Assembly (NCBI RefSeq): GCF_006345805.1
Contig: NC_043014.1
Coordinates: forward strand, 19,034,001 to 19,098,000
Direction: 5' to 3'
Source of the DNA: Octopus sinensis
Lineage: Eukaryota
DNA length: 64,000 bases
Positions 40,687-58,615 of the stretch are shown in pieces (positions within the stretch are counted from its first letter, which is position 1; each line of letters opens with the position of its first letter). The notes beneath the pieces were generated by a model, which ran no database searches, was not told where the DNA came from, and saw only the letters and a program-made list of their open reading frames with translations. The position numbers and the translations under genes are program-made.

Positions 40687-41773
40687 GTGAGGGCACGCGC
40701 AGGTTGTCACAACCGTAAAAATAGACTGTATGACATTGTGCGTGTGTGTGTGCGTGTGTGCGTGTATGTGTGTGTATATGTATGTATGTATGTATATATG
40801 TATGTATGTATGTATGTATGTACGTGTATACGTATGTATGAATTCTGCGGATTTTAACGGATTTCCTCATGTATATCCAGTAAAATTGTTTCCCCATCGA
40901 AAGACCACAGCTTTTGGCATTTAAGCGATATGCGTACATTAAATGGGTGCTATTGATAATGTGTTTATGCATATTTCTACTGCACACAAGGTGAACTTTA
41001 GTGTATACACACACTGAGGTTATCAACTGTTTTCTCCGATACATTTGAGCTTCTCTCCTCACTTAACAGTTTTAAAATTTTGGGAGGAGGTAAGCATTTA
41101 TAGTGAGAAGGGGTTTAGTCGATTATCTCGACACCAGTATTCAACTGGTACTTTATTTATTTAACTCCGAAAAGACAAGAGGTAAAGTTGACCTCAGAGA
41201 ATTTAAACTTAGTAAAAAGCCTTCTGTTTCACTCCCTCCATCTCGCTTTCCCCCTTCCTCATCTTTTTCTTCTTCCAATCTCTCCCCTTCCCCCTCTCTT
41301 TCTCTTTAATGTACACGAGAAGGCATTTGCAGAGTTAACTCTACTGAAATCCTACATATTTATAGACATCAAGGTTAACAGCATTGCTGGTCGCTTCATA
41401 TTTACAGGGTTACTGGTCCCCAACATTATTCCATAGATTAGCCTCGAATAATGTGTAGCAAATTAGCCCTTTAGCTCATTAAACTTTACAATCTCTCTCT
41501 TTTCTCTTTCTCTCTCTGGCTCTCTCTTTCTGTCTCGTTCCCTCTTTGTTTTTCTTCAGTTAGATATCATATTCTTATATATACGATGCAATATGTGTCA
41601 TTCACAAGAAAGAAAATTATTCTGATCTTGCCAATCCTTGTTCCAGCGCATTCATCATCTCAAATGTGAGGGAGACATCATTAATAGCTATTTTATCCAG
41701 TAGCTTTAATGTCTCCCCCTCTTTAATATCCGTCTGTACAGCTTTAGTAATGCCAGTCCTACTGGAGACCTAT

Positions 41774-41814
<41 letters not shown>

Positions 41815-42197
41815 GGAGATGTACTTGCATAGCAAATGACTTGATCTTGATCTGAGATCGTGTTCTGAAACAAAAATAATTGCAGCATGGAGGGTGTTTA
41901 TAAGCCATTTAAAAACACACAAAAACCGTTAGATTCACTTCAACATTTAAATTTGATTTGCCAAAATATTTTCATCGCTTTGAGGCCGCGACCTCTTCAC
42001 TCACAAAATTCCGTGCTGCAATTGTTTATATATATATATACTCATTTTAGGCATTTCATGTATTTAATATACCTTATATATTGACTTGTCTAACTTGCTT
42101 ATCCCTACATTTACTTCAATACCTGCTCAAATTTCAATCTCTTGAGCACTACACTTGTATTCTATACGTAGAATAACTGGATCTCATCTATGAACTA

Positions 42198-42242
<45 letters not shown>

Positions 42243-43207
42243 AAGTGTGTGTGTGTGTGTTTATGTAGTGTACATAGTATATATAATTATTAAGTGCATA
42301 TATTTTATGTAGTTTATCTCTATAGTTTATTTAGCTGTTGTTACTTCGTTCTCTTAAATCGAACTGGCTTATTATCGAAGCAATTTCATTTGTGACCACT
42401 TTGTCTGTTTATAATTATATCTAAACTTTCACTATTTCATGTGCCCACACTTTTAAAAGAAAAAAATTGTTTGACGAAATGTAGATTCTATTTGTTAGAG
42501 GAAGAATGATTACATATATAGTCTCACTTAATTTATATATAAATTTCATGTGCTAGGTTTTTAATTTTCGCTATGCTGCCGGTAAAAATATCTATCTATC
42601 TTTCACATACGAACACGCACTCGCACGCGCGCGCGCGCACACACACACACACTATCTATCTCCCTCTCTGTCTCTTTCTTTCTCTCTTTCATTGTATTTC
42701 TCTCTCAACAACAGCAACAGCAACAACAACAATAACCTGTCATTATGATCAAATTCATTTCTTAAAGTATATGTAGTCTTGTCTCTATATTGAAAGACAT
42801 ACAGAAACAGACACACAGGCACACGCATACACGGACTAATATACTCTCACACACACGCACATACATACACACACGACCAAAAACATAAGCATCTGTATTG
42901 TTATATAGTGAAAGCCTTTATTATTTGAAGCTGTGTTGCGTTGCGTTGTCTCTAACACATAATACATAAATTCTATTAAATGTATCTAAGCTTAATGCAT
43001 AATATATTTAATACTTATACATCTTTTCATTATTGAAAAGACTGTTCCTTCAATTTATAGCTTAAGTTGCTTACTTTCACTTTTATTTATTTTAATTCCA
43101 ATCCACAACAGGAGTCGATTTTGCATTTACTCACTGAAGCAGTGATGAAATACGTACCAGTAATTTACTGTGTTATACTAATACATTTTCTTTTTGTTTA
43201 CCCACAG

Positions 43208-43790
43208 GTTACCTCCTCCGGATAAGAGATTAGAGGAAAAATATGAAATGCTTCGGAATGATTACGAGAAGATTAACAATGATCGCATCAGTTTGATGGA
43301 CAAAATAAACCAACTCACTGAGCAGCTAACATGTTATCTCTCCGACACACCGTTCCAGACACAAGGGTCTACTGGTCGTGAACCAACAGATGGTGTCATT
43401 TGGGCTGATAATCACCAGAATATCATAGACGGATTAAGTGATAAAACACAGATGCCTCATATTAAAGAACGTTATAGTCAGAGCTTGAAAAAATGCAAGC
43501 CACAACCTTATGCTATCAGAGAAATCAGTGGTCAGTTTGGTCGCTTACCTCCTGGAAGTGACGGAGATGATGAAGATAGTTATTCTAACTTTCCTTGTTC
43601 TGACGTCACAGCAGATGGAGATTCTAGGACTGAAATGTTTCGAGCAACCTCTAGTAACAAAACCTCCGGACCAAAATCCACACGTCCTTTTGCCAGACAT
43701 CGAAAAAACAAACATAAACTTCCTTCAGTACCGGCATGGCTGTCTCAGTTGAAAAACAATAAAGTACACCCCGGCGATGAAGACGATTGA
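43208..43790 (+). CDS. Terminal coding exon of the same coiled-coil protein gene
   Basis: Polypyrimidine tract and acceptor ttttctttttgtttacccacag ends at 43207. The first G completes the split Arg codon (AG|G), then LPPPDKRLEEKYEMLRNDYEK...NNKVHPGDEDD with TGA at 43788-43790. From ATG 37870 the two exons give 301 aa. Longest non-repetitive ORF in the window. Confidence 0.85.
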
Positions 43791-44347
43791 CGGGGGGTGC
43801 GAAACCGCCATGACAGCGACTCACTCGATTCAATCCCTGTCAACCATGAAATTGAAACCAGTGTTTGAACGAGTGTTTTTATTTTTTTATTTATTTTATT
43901 TTTTTTCTACTCTGCGCTGTCCTGGGTGGTGAGGACCTTGAGCAAGTCCTTCGCAGCCTCCTCATTGCTCACACCCCAATACATATATATATATTTTTAA
44001 ACATGTACTATTTAAAACAATTTTAAAAAGGATTGAAGTTGTATTTTTTCTGGGTTTTAGTTTAAATTCTTTCTTATTTCTCTTTTATAGCGTGAGAGCA
44101 TTGAGACAATCACGTTAGCAAAGTCAAGGTACTTAAGATCAAATCAGCTTACAATATAAGGAACCGTATGCAGATTTAAAGTGAAAACAAAATTAAATGG
44201 AGAAGAAAGAGGAAATAAAAAAACCCAAGAAAGATGAAACTACTAATACAAATATATATAATGAAGTTTAAATAAAATTTTAAAAAATAAATAAAAAATA
44301 TTTATGTAACATTTATCAAATATAGATAACTGGGCTTTTAATGAAGA

Positions 44348-44349
<2 letters not shown>

Positions 44350-44405
<56 letters not shown>

Positions 44406-44458
44406 ATGAATATGTATATATATATATATGCACACACATATATATATATACGTATATG

Positions 44459-44496
<38 letters not shown>

Positions 44497-44760
44497 CATA
44501 TATATACATATATACATATATTATATCATATATATGTAATATATATTTATGTGATATATTTGTGTATTTATGAATATGTATATATACATATATACACACA
44601 TACATATATATATATATATATGTATACATATACATGTATATATATATTTACATACATATATATATATTTATGTATGTATGTATATTTTATATATATACGT
44701 GCATATATATACACATATACATGCATATATGTATATGTATATGTATATATATATATACAT

Positions 44761-44817
<57 letters not shown>

Positions 44818-44842
44818 ATACATATACATATATGTATATATA

Positions 44843-44890
<48 letters not shown>
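44350..44890. repeat. Degenerate (TA)n microsatellite
   Basis: Direct reading. Confidence 0.95.
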
Positions 44891-45479
44891 AAAATGAAAA
44901 CGTTTACACGGAAAGGGAATCAAAAAATATATATGTGATGTTTAAATTTCTAATTCTGAAATATTGTTGCAAACATAGCTAAAAAAAAAAAACATTTGGC
45001 TAATCCGTTTTTTTTTTAAAGTTTTCTGCCTGAATATGGCTAAAATGTTCCACTTCATCAAAACCATACATTGCGTTGTGTGAAATTGAAAACAAAAAAA
45101 TGTTTTTTTAAAAATCTTTTTTACATTTTTTCATTTCTATTTTCTATTTGTAAATGAAAATAATTTCTATCTAATGCTCCCGGCCATTTGATATTCATTC
45201 AGTGTTCTGATAGACGTAGAGGACCGGTCTTTGTAACCGGTGTATAAGGTAATCAAATTGTGTTCTCAAAATACGCCAACATTTTTATACTGACAAAGGA
45301 TGAATGAAGGAATGAATGAAATTTGAATTCAATTTCTTTTTCCTGTTTCCTATTATTTGCAGAATCTATATATGAATCTATACATTTCACTTCGAAGAAA
45401 TATTTTCTTCTAATGCAGAGCTACCTACCTTAAGGAATCGCAAATAGTAATAATAATAATAATAATGATAATAATAATA

Positions 45480-45536
<57 letters not shown>

Positions 45537-45551
45537 GTAATAATAATAATG

Positions 45552-45599
<48 letters not shown>

Positions 45600-45628
45600 T
45601 AATAATAATAATAATAATGATAATAATA

Positions 45629-49100
<3,472 letters not shown>

Positions 49101-51426
49101 TAACTCAACAACATTGTTATCAATAAGGAGAAACAGCAAAATCAGCAACTGTTAGAGAAAAATAAGCCATTATCGTCTTTCCACCAGAAATAAACCTGCA
49201 CATGATCTCTCTATATTTAAAAACTACATTAAAATCAGAACAGACATTAGCTCCATTACGGTCAAGGATCAGAAAAGCTTTTATCTCCATGAGAGATAAG
49301 CTGTGATAATGGTTAGAATATCCAATAACCTTAGCGTGTATAACAGTACTGATTTCTGATCTATGTTATCAATGATTGTCATTGTTTCCCATCCCTGGAT
49401 GTTTGCATACTTCAAGTTTGGATTCGATCTAAGAAACTTTATTTCGAAACTTAGATAAATCCTCTAAGCGATGTTCAAGTTTGCTCATGTCAATAGAGAC
49501 ATTTGCATTCATGGCTTTATATATAAAATCATTTAGTATCATTTCGATACAAATAAATGTTCTAAAAACTTCCACTGCTGTCTAGAACCGGATTTTTATC
49601 TAGCAGTAAAGCAGAAGGCCCTGGCTTTTCATTTATCCTTTCAATTTCGTTTAATCTGATTCAAGTAACGGATATGCAGTGTCGTTTGTGAGTAGAAACA
49701 ATGCGAAACAATGCCATATGGTATTTGTTTCGCATCTACACTCTGCGTTCAAATTCTGTTATGGTCAGCCTTGTTTTTCATCATACAGGCTTCAATTAGA
49801 AAATTATGAAAATACTCATCCAAGATTATCGGAGCTTTATCCGACGCTTTATACTCCGAATTTAAATTCTGTAATGGCCTGCTTGGGTACTATTCTTAAG
49901 CTGTTGCTAGTTAAAGACAAGCATCTAAGGACTTTAGCACCTTCTACACCGTCGCATGCAGTCGGTCCCACCGCCTACTAGTTTTGTATGATTTGTAGAT
50001 GCATATAGACTCGATTTCTCTCATAACAAAGTGATACAAAAAAGCCAATGCTAATTGCAAATCGAATTAATCAAACTAAAATGATGACATGAATACTCAA
50101 AATATAACGCTAATGATATACTGAATGGTCCATAAAACAGCGTTCATAGCAGATGGTGTTTATATTTTATGCATGGGTAAAGGCAATACTGCTTCAAATT
50201 TAGAAATAAAGTCTTCTAATCTAAAACTAATCTAAAATTCGTGTTCAGAAATTCCCTCACACACACACAGACACACACACATCAGGGCATGATAGCAATA
50301 ATATCTTGCTACAACATAGATATGCGTAATACGAAAGCGATTTCAATGGAATTTAATATAAAATTTTATATGTAATTTAGTGAGGAATACGTTTAGGGCT
50401 TCGTAATTCCGCGTAAGGGCAAGACTTTCGTAACGTAGCTGTTGTCTGTATCTTTGACTGTCAGTCTCTTCGCAAGTCTGTATGTAGGAATTCAAATATC
50501 TATACACATATACGCATATCTACATACATACATATATTCATATATATTATATTATATACAAGTATATACATACGTACATATTTATGTGTGTGTGAGTATG
50601 CATATATGTATGTGAGTATATTTGTATGTATTGTACATATATAGTCTTCATATACTATTAATGGTCTGTAAATCGAAAAGCGTGATTCTGAAAAACATCT
50701 CTCTATCACGCGAGATATTATAGCCAAATATTTGACCACTGTTTTACTATGTTACGGAGACGAGCAGGGAATATTTCCTATATACAGTCTGTTGATGAAG
50801 GTTAGAAATGACGGAAAAATGGAAGATGACACAATTTAATACGTTCTGACCTTAATTGATTCTTTTTAAGCCACTGAAGTTTACGTAGATTTGATAACAT
50901 ACATATTTTCTATGGTATTGCTGAAGAATTTGTAATGGATACGAACGAATGTTTCGTAAAATGGACTGATTCTTTTATATTTATTTCTCACCTAAATATC
51001 CAAGATTGGAGCTTGCTGAATAATGTATCATACTACTACTACTACTACTACTACCGCCACCGCTGATACTACTGCCACTGCCACTACTGTTGGCGCTGCT
51101 GTTTTTGCTTTTGTTGCGTTTGTGTGTAAATTCCTATTTTTCTGTGATCTAACTTAATGTGTTTTCTATAAATATCTCTCTAGTTATCTCTACCTCCTGT
51201 CAAGTAATGTATCGTATATGTAAGTCCAGTGTACGTGTATGTGTATGAATATATATAAATACAACATATGTACGCAAGGGCAAACACATACGCGTGCACA
51301 TACTCGCACACGTACGCACTCACACGTATAGAATTAGCTTAAGAACTATTAAAGCCACTATTAAAATAGACTATTTAGTACATTATTTACATTTCACGGA
51401 TATTTGTCCTCATCTTGTTTGTTGTT

Positions 51427-51472
51427 AATACAACGTTTCGTCTGATATACCCTCCAGCCTTCATCAGGTATC
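51427..51472 (-). ncRNA. Minimal type I hammerhead motif with extra A after A9 (left arm)
   Basis: Minus strand: GAUAC-CUGAUGA-A-GGCUG-(10-nt loop)-CAGAC-GAAAC-GU-U-GUAUU. Stem I GAUAC/GUAUU gives 5 pairs including one G-U; stem II has one mismatch; stem III is the two-pair palindrome ACGU. Confidence 0.6.
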
Positions 51473-51487
51473 TTGGGGAAATTTCGA

Positions 51488-51530
51488 ACCTGATGAAGGC
51501 TGGAGGGTATATCAGCCGAAACGTTGTGTT
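51488..51530 (+). ncRNA. Hammerhead motif with extra A (right arm; 5' stem I strand truncated)
   Basis: CUGAUGA at 51490-51496, A 51497, perfect stem II GGCUG/CAGCC, GAAAC at 51518-51522, GUU at 51523-51525, then GUGUU. Confidence 0.55.
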
Positions 51531-52836
51531 AACAAAATACATGATGAGTACAAATATCTGTCAAATGTAAATAATGTAAATAATGTGAATAATGTACATA
51601 ATTCCTCATCTCTTAAATATAGTACAGTATATTTAGTGATGAGATAAAATATGTATTCAAAGGAATCTGTGACATATTGCAATCGCGTTTCGGTCTAACG
51701 CCTAGTCAAGTAAATGAAAATTAATATGGTGGATGAGAATTTAAGGTCTAATCTAAGGTTAATGTATATTAGAAGAAATTAAAACTATATTCATTTTAAT
51801 AGCTTAGAGTTTACAAATCTTTAAAAGATGGTTTGAAATACTTTTGTTTGTTCGTTAAATTTAGTATACAAAATATTTCGAGGATCGGCGTTGAAAGGAG
51901 AGTATGTATGTGACTTATAGTCACAAAGAAAAAGTCAAATCTGCTGTGATAATGCAAACAGCATTTCATTCTGGAAACATAAATGGAAGTACGTGACGGA
52001 GGAAAGACCAAGGAGTATTAGAGGAATTCTTTAGAAATGATGGTTTACGAAAGACTACCAATTACGAAAGTCTGTGTTAATGAGAGTAATATTATTTTCT
52101 AACATAGATATATTGATAAATTTGAAGGGGTGGGTTGGTCGATTAAAATAAATCCTAGATGAATGAAAAATATATTTGATCTCTTCAGAATTTGAACCCT
52201 GATTGCACAGAAACGGAATAAATAAAAGGAGTTTTGTACGGCGGTCTTACGCTTAAACCAACTCATCTCCCAGTATATCGCACAAGTAATACAACAGAAA
52301 TATATATGTTCACGGTGTGGTTTTAAGAAACGTTTGTATAAGAAAAAAGATTTATGGAGAAGAAAAATATGTAGGTGGGTATTACTTTATGCTTTTAGTT
52401 GCCCTGAGTTACATAAACGTCTCAGATATGTGAGGTTTAAAAAATGAACTTTGTTCGGTTCTAACAAAGATCTGGTGAATACACTTGTTTTTCTTAACGT
52501 ATATATTTATAGTAATATTTAAAGCTTGAAAAATGCAATAGGGAAGCATGACTCTCTTAGGATTAGAATTATCTAGTTACTAGGGAAGCAGAATAATAAC
52601 GAGAAAATAGACAATATAAGAAAAATCAACAAGAATTAAGAAAACTTGCAGTGTTAACGAGGTAATGTTATGAAAAGAGTTAAAGATTAGTATGTTATAT
52701 TAGGTTTTAAAGTTTCGGCATTTCCAAAAGGGATACATTTTCAGTTTCTGGAAAGAATAGCTCATAAGTTTCTCTATTATCTTTTTTTGTTCATATATTA
52801 AATATATTTCATAATTCTCTGAACTTTCGTTTGTCT

Positions 52837-53048
52837 AAGGCGGTGAGCTGGCAGGATGGTTAGCACGCCGTGAAAAATGCTTAGCAGCATTTCGTCTGTC
52901 TTATCATTCTCAGTTCAAATACCTTCGAGGTCGACTTTACCTTTCATCCTTTCGTGGTCGATATAATAAGTACCAGCTGAGCATTAGGGTCGATGTAATC
53001 GATTTTCCCCTTCCCTCAAAATTGCTGACGAAAATTTTGAAACAAATA
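52837..53048 (+). mobile_element. SINE family D, near full length
   Basis: aaggcggtgagctggcag...gttcaaat...gtcgactttacctttcatcctttcg...taagtaccag...gtcgatgtaatcga. Four more copies listed. Confidence 0.85.
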
Positions 53049-53387
53049 TTTCTTTTGTCTCCTGCACTTTAGGCCTTATTATGGCCCCATAAAAAGTGGA
53101 TAATTTATTGCCTATACAGCTACGAATAATTCTATTAATGGATTTTCTAATCATATTTTATATATTTTCGTTTCAAAATTTATATTATCGCAGATTTTTT
53201 TTTCATTTTCTACAGAAGAGCTGCAATATACAGAAAGTAAGCTTTCTTCACCGTTTATGCTTCTACTTCTAAAAACTCATCCGCTTGACAAGATCTAACC
53301 TAGACCGCAATGCAATTTCGATAGGTACAAGATTTCTATCCATACAAGCACACACACACACACACACACACACACGCGCGCACAAAC

Positions 53388-53423
<36 letters not shown>

Positions 53424-54059
53424 CACACATATATACAATAATATGATACTTGCTATATATATGTACACATTTTAGAGGACTGACCACTCTAAATTTTGTA
53501 TGTAAAAAATTTTTAATCTTCGGATTTTTATAAATATGCTTGGCCACTGGTTTTAATTGATTAATATCAATTTCTACCCTTATTTAATCATATATATATA
53601 TATATATATATATCATAACGAGTATTTATATCCATGGTTTTTGTACCTCCTATTTCTCATTCTTCTTCTTACTAGTCTTGTCTCATTCTATTCGTTCTGC
53701 TTATGTATCTGCCAGTCTATAAACAGATTCATTATTTTTCTCCCAACACATTGCACTTCCTATTTATTTCAATGTACATGTCTGTGCTTATGTATGTATA
53801 TGTGTTTGTATCTGAGTGTATATCTATGTGTGCCCGATTGTGTTTTAAAGAAGAATGATGCTTAGATGATGCCGTGTTTTTATTTATAGTTCCAATGCAA
53901 TGAAATGATTTAGTATAACATTCCCGTTTATTTTAGTGATGCTTACTCTTTGTAGGACAATAGACACTATTACCGCCGTCGCCGCCATCTATACTGCGAT
54001 CTAGAATACTACTTGAACCTCCACCATTATGATTTATCAACAACATAACAAGCACCAAG

Positions 54060-54965
54060 AAAACAACCACCAAAATATTTAAAAACATCACACCACCACC
54101 ACCACCACCACCACCACCACCACCACAACCGCTACCGCCGCCGCCGCCACCACCACCACTAGCAACAACGGCAATAACTCTGCTATTGCTGTCACTACCA
54201 TTACCAGCAATGGCGCCACCACATCACAAAAAGCATTGCAGACGTTCATCACAACTCCAACCATCGTCAAAAGTACCATCCTCAGCACCATGAATTACAC
54301 TGACAGGACAACCAAAATCAACACGTATGCATCCATCTATATGGCCAGTACCACTACGAAACTAACCACCACCACCACCACCACCACCACACCACCACCA
54401 CCACCACCACCACCACCACCACCGCCACCACTACCACCACCACCACTACCACCACCACCACCACCACCACCGCTACCACCACAACCACCACCACCACCAC
54501 CACCACCAAGGCCAACAACAACAGCAAAAACAACACTGAAACTACACCCAACTAAGGCCAACTTGCACCGCCATCTTGCACCGCACTACTAAAGTATCAC
54601 AAACTATTAAAAAATAAAACAAATACCACCAGCACCACCAGCACCAACACCACCACCATCACCCACACCACATACTGCCGACACCATCACCACAACTACC
54701 ACTACCGCCACCGCCACCACGATCGCCACCACAGCTGCCGACGCCGCTACCACTTATACGACCACCATCTACACAACCAACACCACCATCACCATCACCG
54801 CCACAACTTACACCATCACCACCAAAGCCGCCGCCACCACCGACAGCACCACCACCACCACCACTACCACCATTACAAACACAGCCGCCTCCACTGACGC
54901 TGCCACCACTACCACCAACGCCATCATTATTAATAAAAGCAGTAAAATTAACACTGCCACCACTC
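54060..54965. repeat. Degenerate (ACC)n low-complexity region
   Basis: Direct reading; yields poly-Pro, poly-Thr and poly-Gly ORFs in several frames. Confidence 0.9.
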
Positions 54966-55476
54966 ATATCTCAGCTACTTCAATAGACACAAGATTTATG
55001 GTGCTATGGTTTTGAACATCTTAGTCCATTTATTGTAACATAATGGCCGTGTATATTCGAAAAAAGAAAAACATTCAGATGTACGATTTTTTTGTTACAG
55101 TAGTTTATTTATTTATTTATTTATTTAGTTGTTTATTTCCTATCAGCAATAGGACCTTGGAGTTTCTCTGAAACAGAAGACTTATTGTCAGTTAGATAGT
55201 AAATAGTGTCTTTTGTAAAGTGATACTAAAAGTTAGAAACAAAAATTCGAGTCAGAAAAGAGAAACAGACCCACAACTATATTATGTATAGTGTGAATTA
55301 GTATTTTGAGATGTCGGGTGGGTGATAGTGAACGATAAAAAAAAAGAAGAAAAAGCAAGAAAATTGGAGAGAAGCTTCGTTATTATTACAGAAATAGACT
55401 TTACAAAATTTTTGTGCATATGATGAATGCGTGGTGTTATATTTTGTGTCACTCATCATCATCATCGTTATTATTA

Positions 55477-55545
<69 letters not shown>

Positions 55546-55550
55546 TATCA

Positions 55551-55587
<37 letters not shown>

Positions 55588-58480
55588 CATCATCATCATT
55601 AGATACGCATATAAATGTTTGTTTTAACATATATATACATATATCTTTGCTTATGTGTGAATGTATATATATAAATATATGTGTGTGTGTGTGTATGTGT
55701 ATGTGTGTATAAACATATGGTTGTACGCATGTGGGGAGATTGTAGGTGTATGTACTTGTGTACATGATTACGTGCATACGTACGCGTTCTGTTTTTGTGA
55801 AAGAAATGGAACAATTCCCCTGGTCATTTCTGTTGCTCCCATGTTCTTCAAAATCATTTAGGTTGACGTTCAATTTCAGCTTTACACGTAAATTCGTTTA
55901 TAAAAACGTGAATACTAAAAGAATTCCACAGATATACAATAATTTTCTAAAACATATTTAGCAAGGAACTTAGCACTTATAAGACATTAGAATCAATAAG
56001 AATCAGTAAGAAGTTAAAAATTGATGGTAATATCCGAGCTCAATCGATAACCATGATCGAACAGAACTTATTTATGGCTTATTGAGAGGATAAAATACAT
56101 CTCGAATGACCATGAGACGGATGAGATGAAGTGTGAGGATGTTAATCTTAGAATAGTGATCATCCAACAGAGTTCAATCTCATGCAGAACACGTAGAGCA
56201 TATTGAGACGCGCTAAAGCACTCTTGAATGCTTATCCTTACATAGAAGTATAGAAGTATCGAAAAGATCATGAAGCTGTCCGAAATTAGGAATGCATGAG
56301 AAAAAAGTGTCCAATAAATCTCTGAACTCTTGGTGGTAACATCTCAGATGCTTGGCTGAATGACGTTCATTTCCATTAATGCTATTTCTTTCTTTATTGA
56401 CACAAAAACTGCGGAATATAAATCTTTCTCATTGTTACTGTTTTTTCTTAACTTCACGTCAGTCTGATTGAAGCATCTGCAACGATTACATCTTTCCCGG
56501 GCACATTGTATTCAGAAATACATTGTCTATGATATCTTAACTATTTTTCAGAAACTAAGCTGTAATAATTTCGAGGAGGCATAACAACGTCATGGAGTGA
56601 CCACAGGCTTCTTGTTGCAACATCGTTAATATATTGTCATGTTCCCAATTCCACCAGCTACATTGTCGTATGGGCTCTTCATTTCCATCATTTACATTTT
56701 GGAAAACTCAGGACCGACAACGTATTTCACATCTCTCCAATCTTTATACTATGCTACCTATATAAGAAACTGAATTCAGCACTGCAAGTCACCTAAACAG
56801 CTATTGATATGACAGTGCTCTCATAACCGTCTAAATCGGAAACTTGCTCTTATGCTGTGATTATACTACTTTGTAGCAAATTGGATTGATATCACTGTGG
56901 AGTTTAATGCATTAGCCACGGATACAAACCGCTCTCGGCTGTGAGAAACGAACTGGCGATTTTTCAGCTGATGTATTTTGTCCTGTCTAATGCGGCATGT
57001 ATATTATCATTAATTGGCTGACTGCTTCCATAAATTGAACAAGGAAATCATAAGAAATATAGTATGCAAGCGAAACAGATATCAGTATAATGTGAGAGTA
57101 ATTTTCGATATAAAGAAAATCAAAAATAACAATTAAAGAGCATTTATTAATACCATTAATTTGCATTATTGATTTCTGATATTCATACAAATTCCCATCC
57201 ACTCAATGATGCATAAAGGCGGCTAAAGCGAGTCAAACCTCCTCCCTAGTGTTTTGATAGATGCTTATTTTATTGATCAAGAGGGAGAAATGCAAAGGGA
57301 AACCAATTAAAATTTCGAAGGCTGTAACTAAACATTGCAAAAGATTTTTGACCGGACTCTAGAAAATCTGCCAATTATGGAGCATGGAAATTTAATACCA
57401 CTATTTTCCCATGGAACATTAGGAATTTAATTCCAGTATTTGCCAAAAGTCAATCAGTTTTACAAGATTTAACAAGATCACTTAATTATTCATATCGCAA
57501 AATTGTTCCGTAAAATTTGTACAAGGATACCTTCACTTTCTTTCAAAACAGATCCCCGCTTGCCTTATAGCTTGATATAAACACCTACTTGGTTAATTGA
57601 TTCAGTACTGTGTTTTTTTTTCCATGATGAAACTAATTTCAGTTCACCTTTGTGCAGCTAATGCTTTTAAGAAAAGCGAGGAGCTTCAAAGAAGCTCATA
57701 ATGAAAAATTACCCTAAAGCATAAAACAATGCACCTAGTTTTAATATCAATTTCGAAACAAAACCAAAGCACGGCAAATAAACAGGATCCACTATGATTT
57801 ATGTATGTAACGCAGATACTTTTCGGTATCTATTTTACATAAAGAGAAGAGTGGAAGAATAGAGAATGGAAAGAATATGATGAAAAAGAAAAAAGGAAAA
57901 ACAAAGAAACAATGAGCTGAATGGTGTATTTTGTGTTACCCCTTGTTGATAGTGGTTGTTACGGGAATATTAAGAAAGTAAACAAACAGTTGACTCTGAG
58001 ACTGTTAAAGATGTTGTTGTTGTTATGGTAGCCATTGTATATATTAATATATAGCAGATATTGAAGAGTATTGGTAACACAAGTTGAAACTAAGACCCGT
58101 TAGATAAAGGCTATTGAAATAAACCAAAATCATTAATATTAGTAGAATCGCAATTACCAAACAAAATCTAATTACTAGTATTCATTCGGAAGACATTATT
58201 AATTGTATCATCATTGTCATTTAGCATGGTTATAATATTCATATTTGGTGTTATTAATTTTTTATTATCATTACCATTCTTATTACATTAAGGTGCAGAG
58301 AGGAGGAGGAGAAGGCTAAGGCAAATTTATTTGCAAACTGAATTACATCACTCTGCGTTCTGAGTTCAAATCCTACGACTGTTAGTTCCAACAGATATTT
58401 ATGGTCATCAGTGAAATAGGTATAAATGATCTGGTTTTATATTTAAGGATAGCGAAATGGATACACACACACACACACAC

Positions 58481-58580
<100 letters not shown>

Positions 58581-58615
58581 ATGTGTGTATATGCACATAT
58601 GTAAATATATGGCCG

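Larger units (their letters stand above)
51379..51625. mobile_element. Inverted (head-to-head) pair of a retroelement terminal segment
   Basis: 51379-51469 is the reverse complement of about 51488-51580 with a few mismatches. The right arm continues into an (aataatgt)n-like tail. Confidence 0.75.

Noticed and set aside
51682-51710. Minus-strand TTGACTA-GG..CC-GAAACGCG near the 51.4-kb pair
   Set aside because: Core too degenerate to call, although it could be a fossil hammerhead.
53025-53045. CTGACGA-AAATTTT-GAAAC
   Set aside because: Created by a deletion in a SINE D tail; stem II is implausible and there is no GUH.
54088-54967. Poly-Pro/Thr/Gly ORFs resembling formin, mucin or extensin
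   Set aside because: Degenerate (ACC)n tract open in most frames; no splice signals or unique coding sequence.
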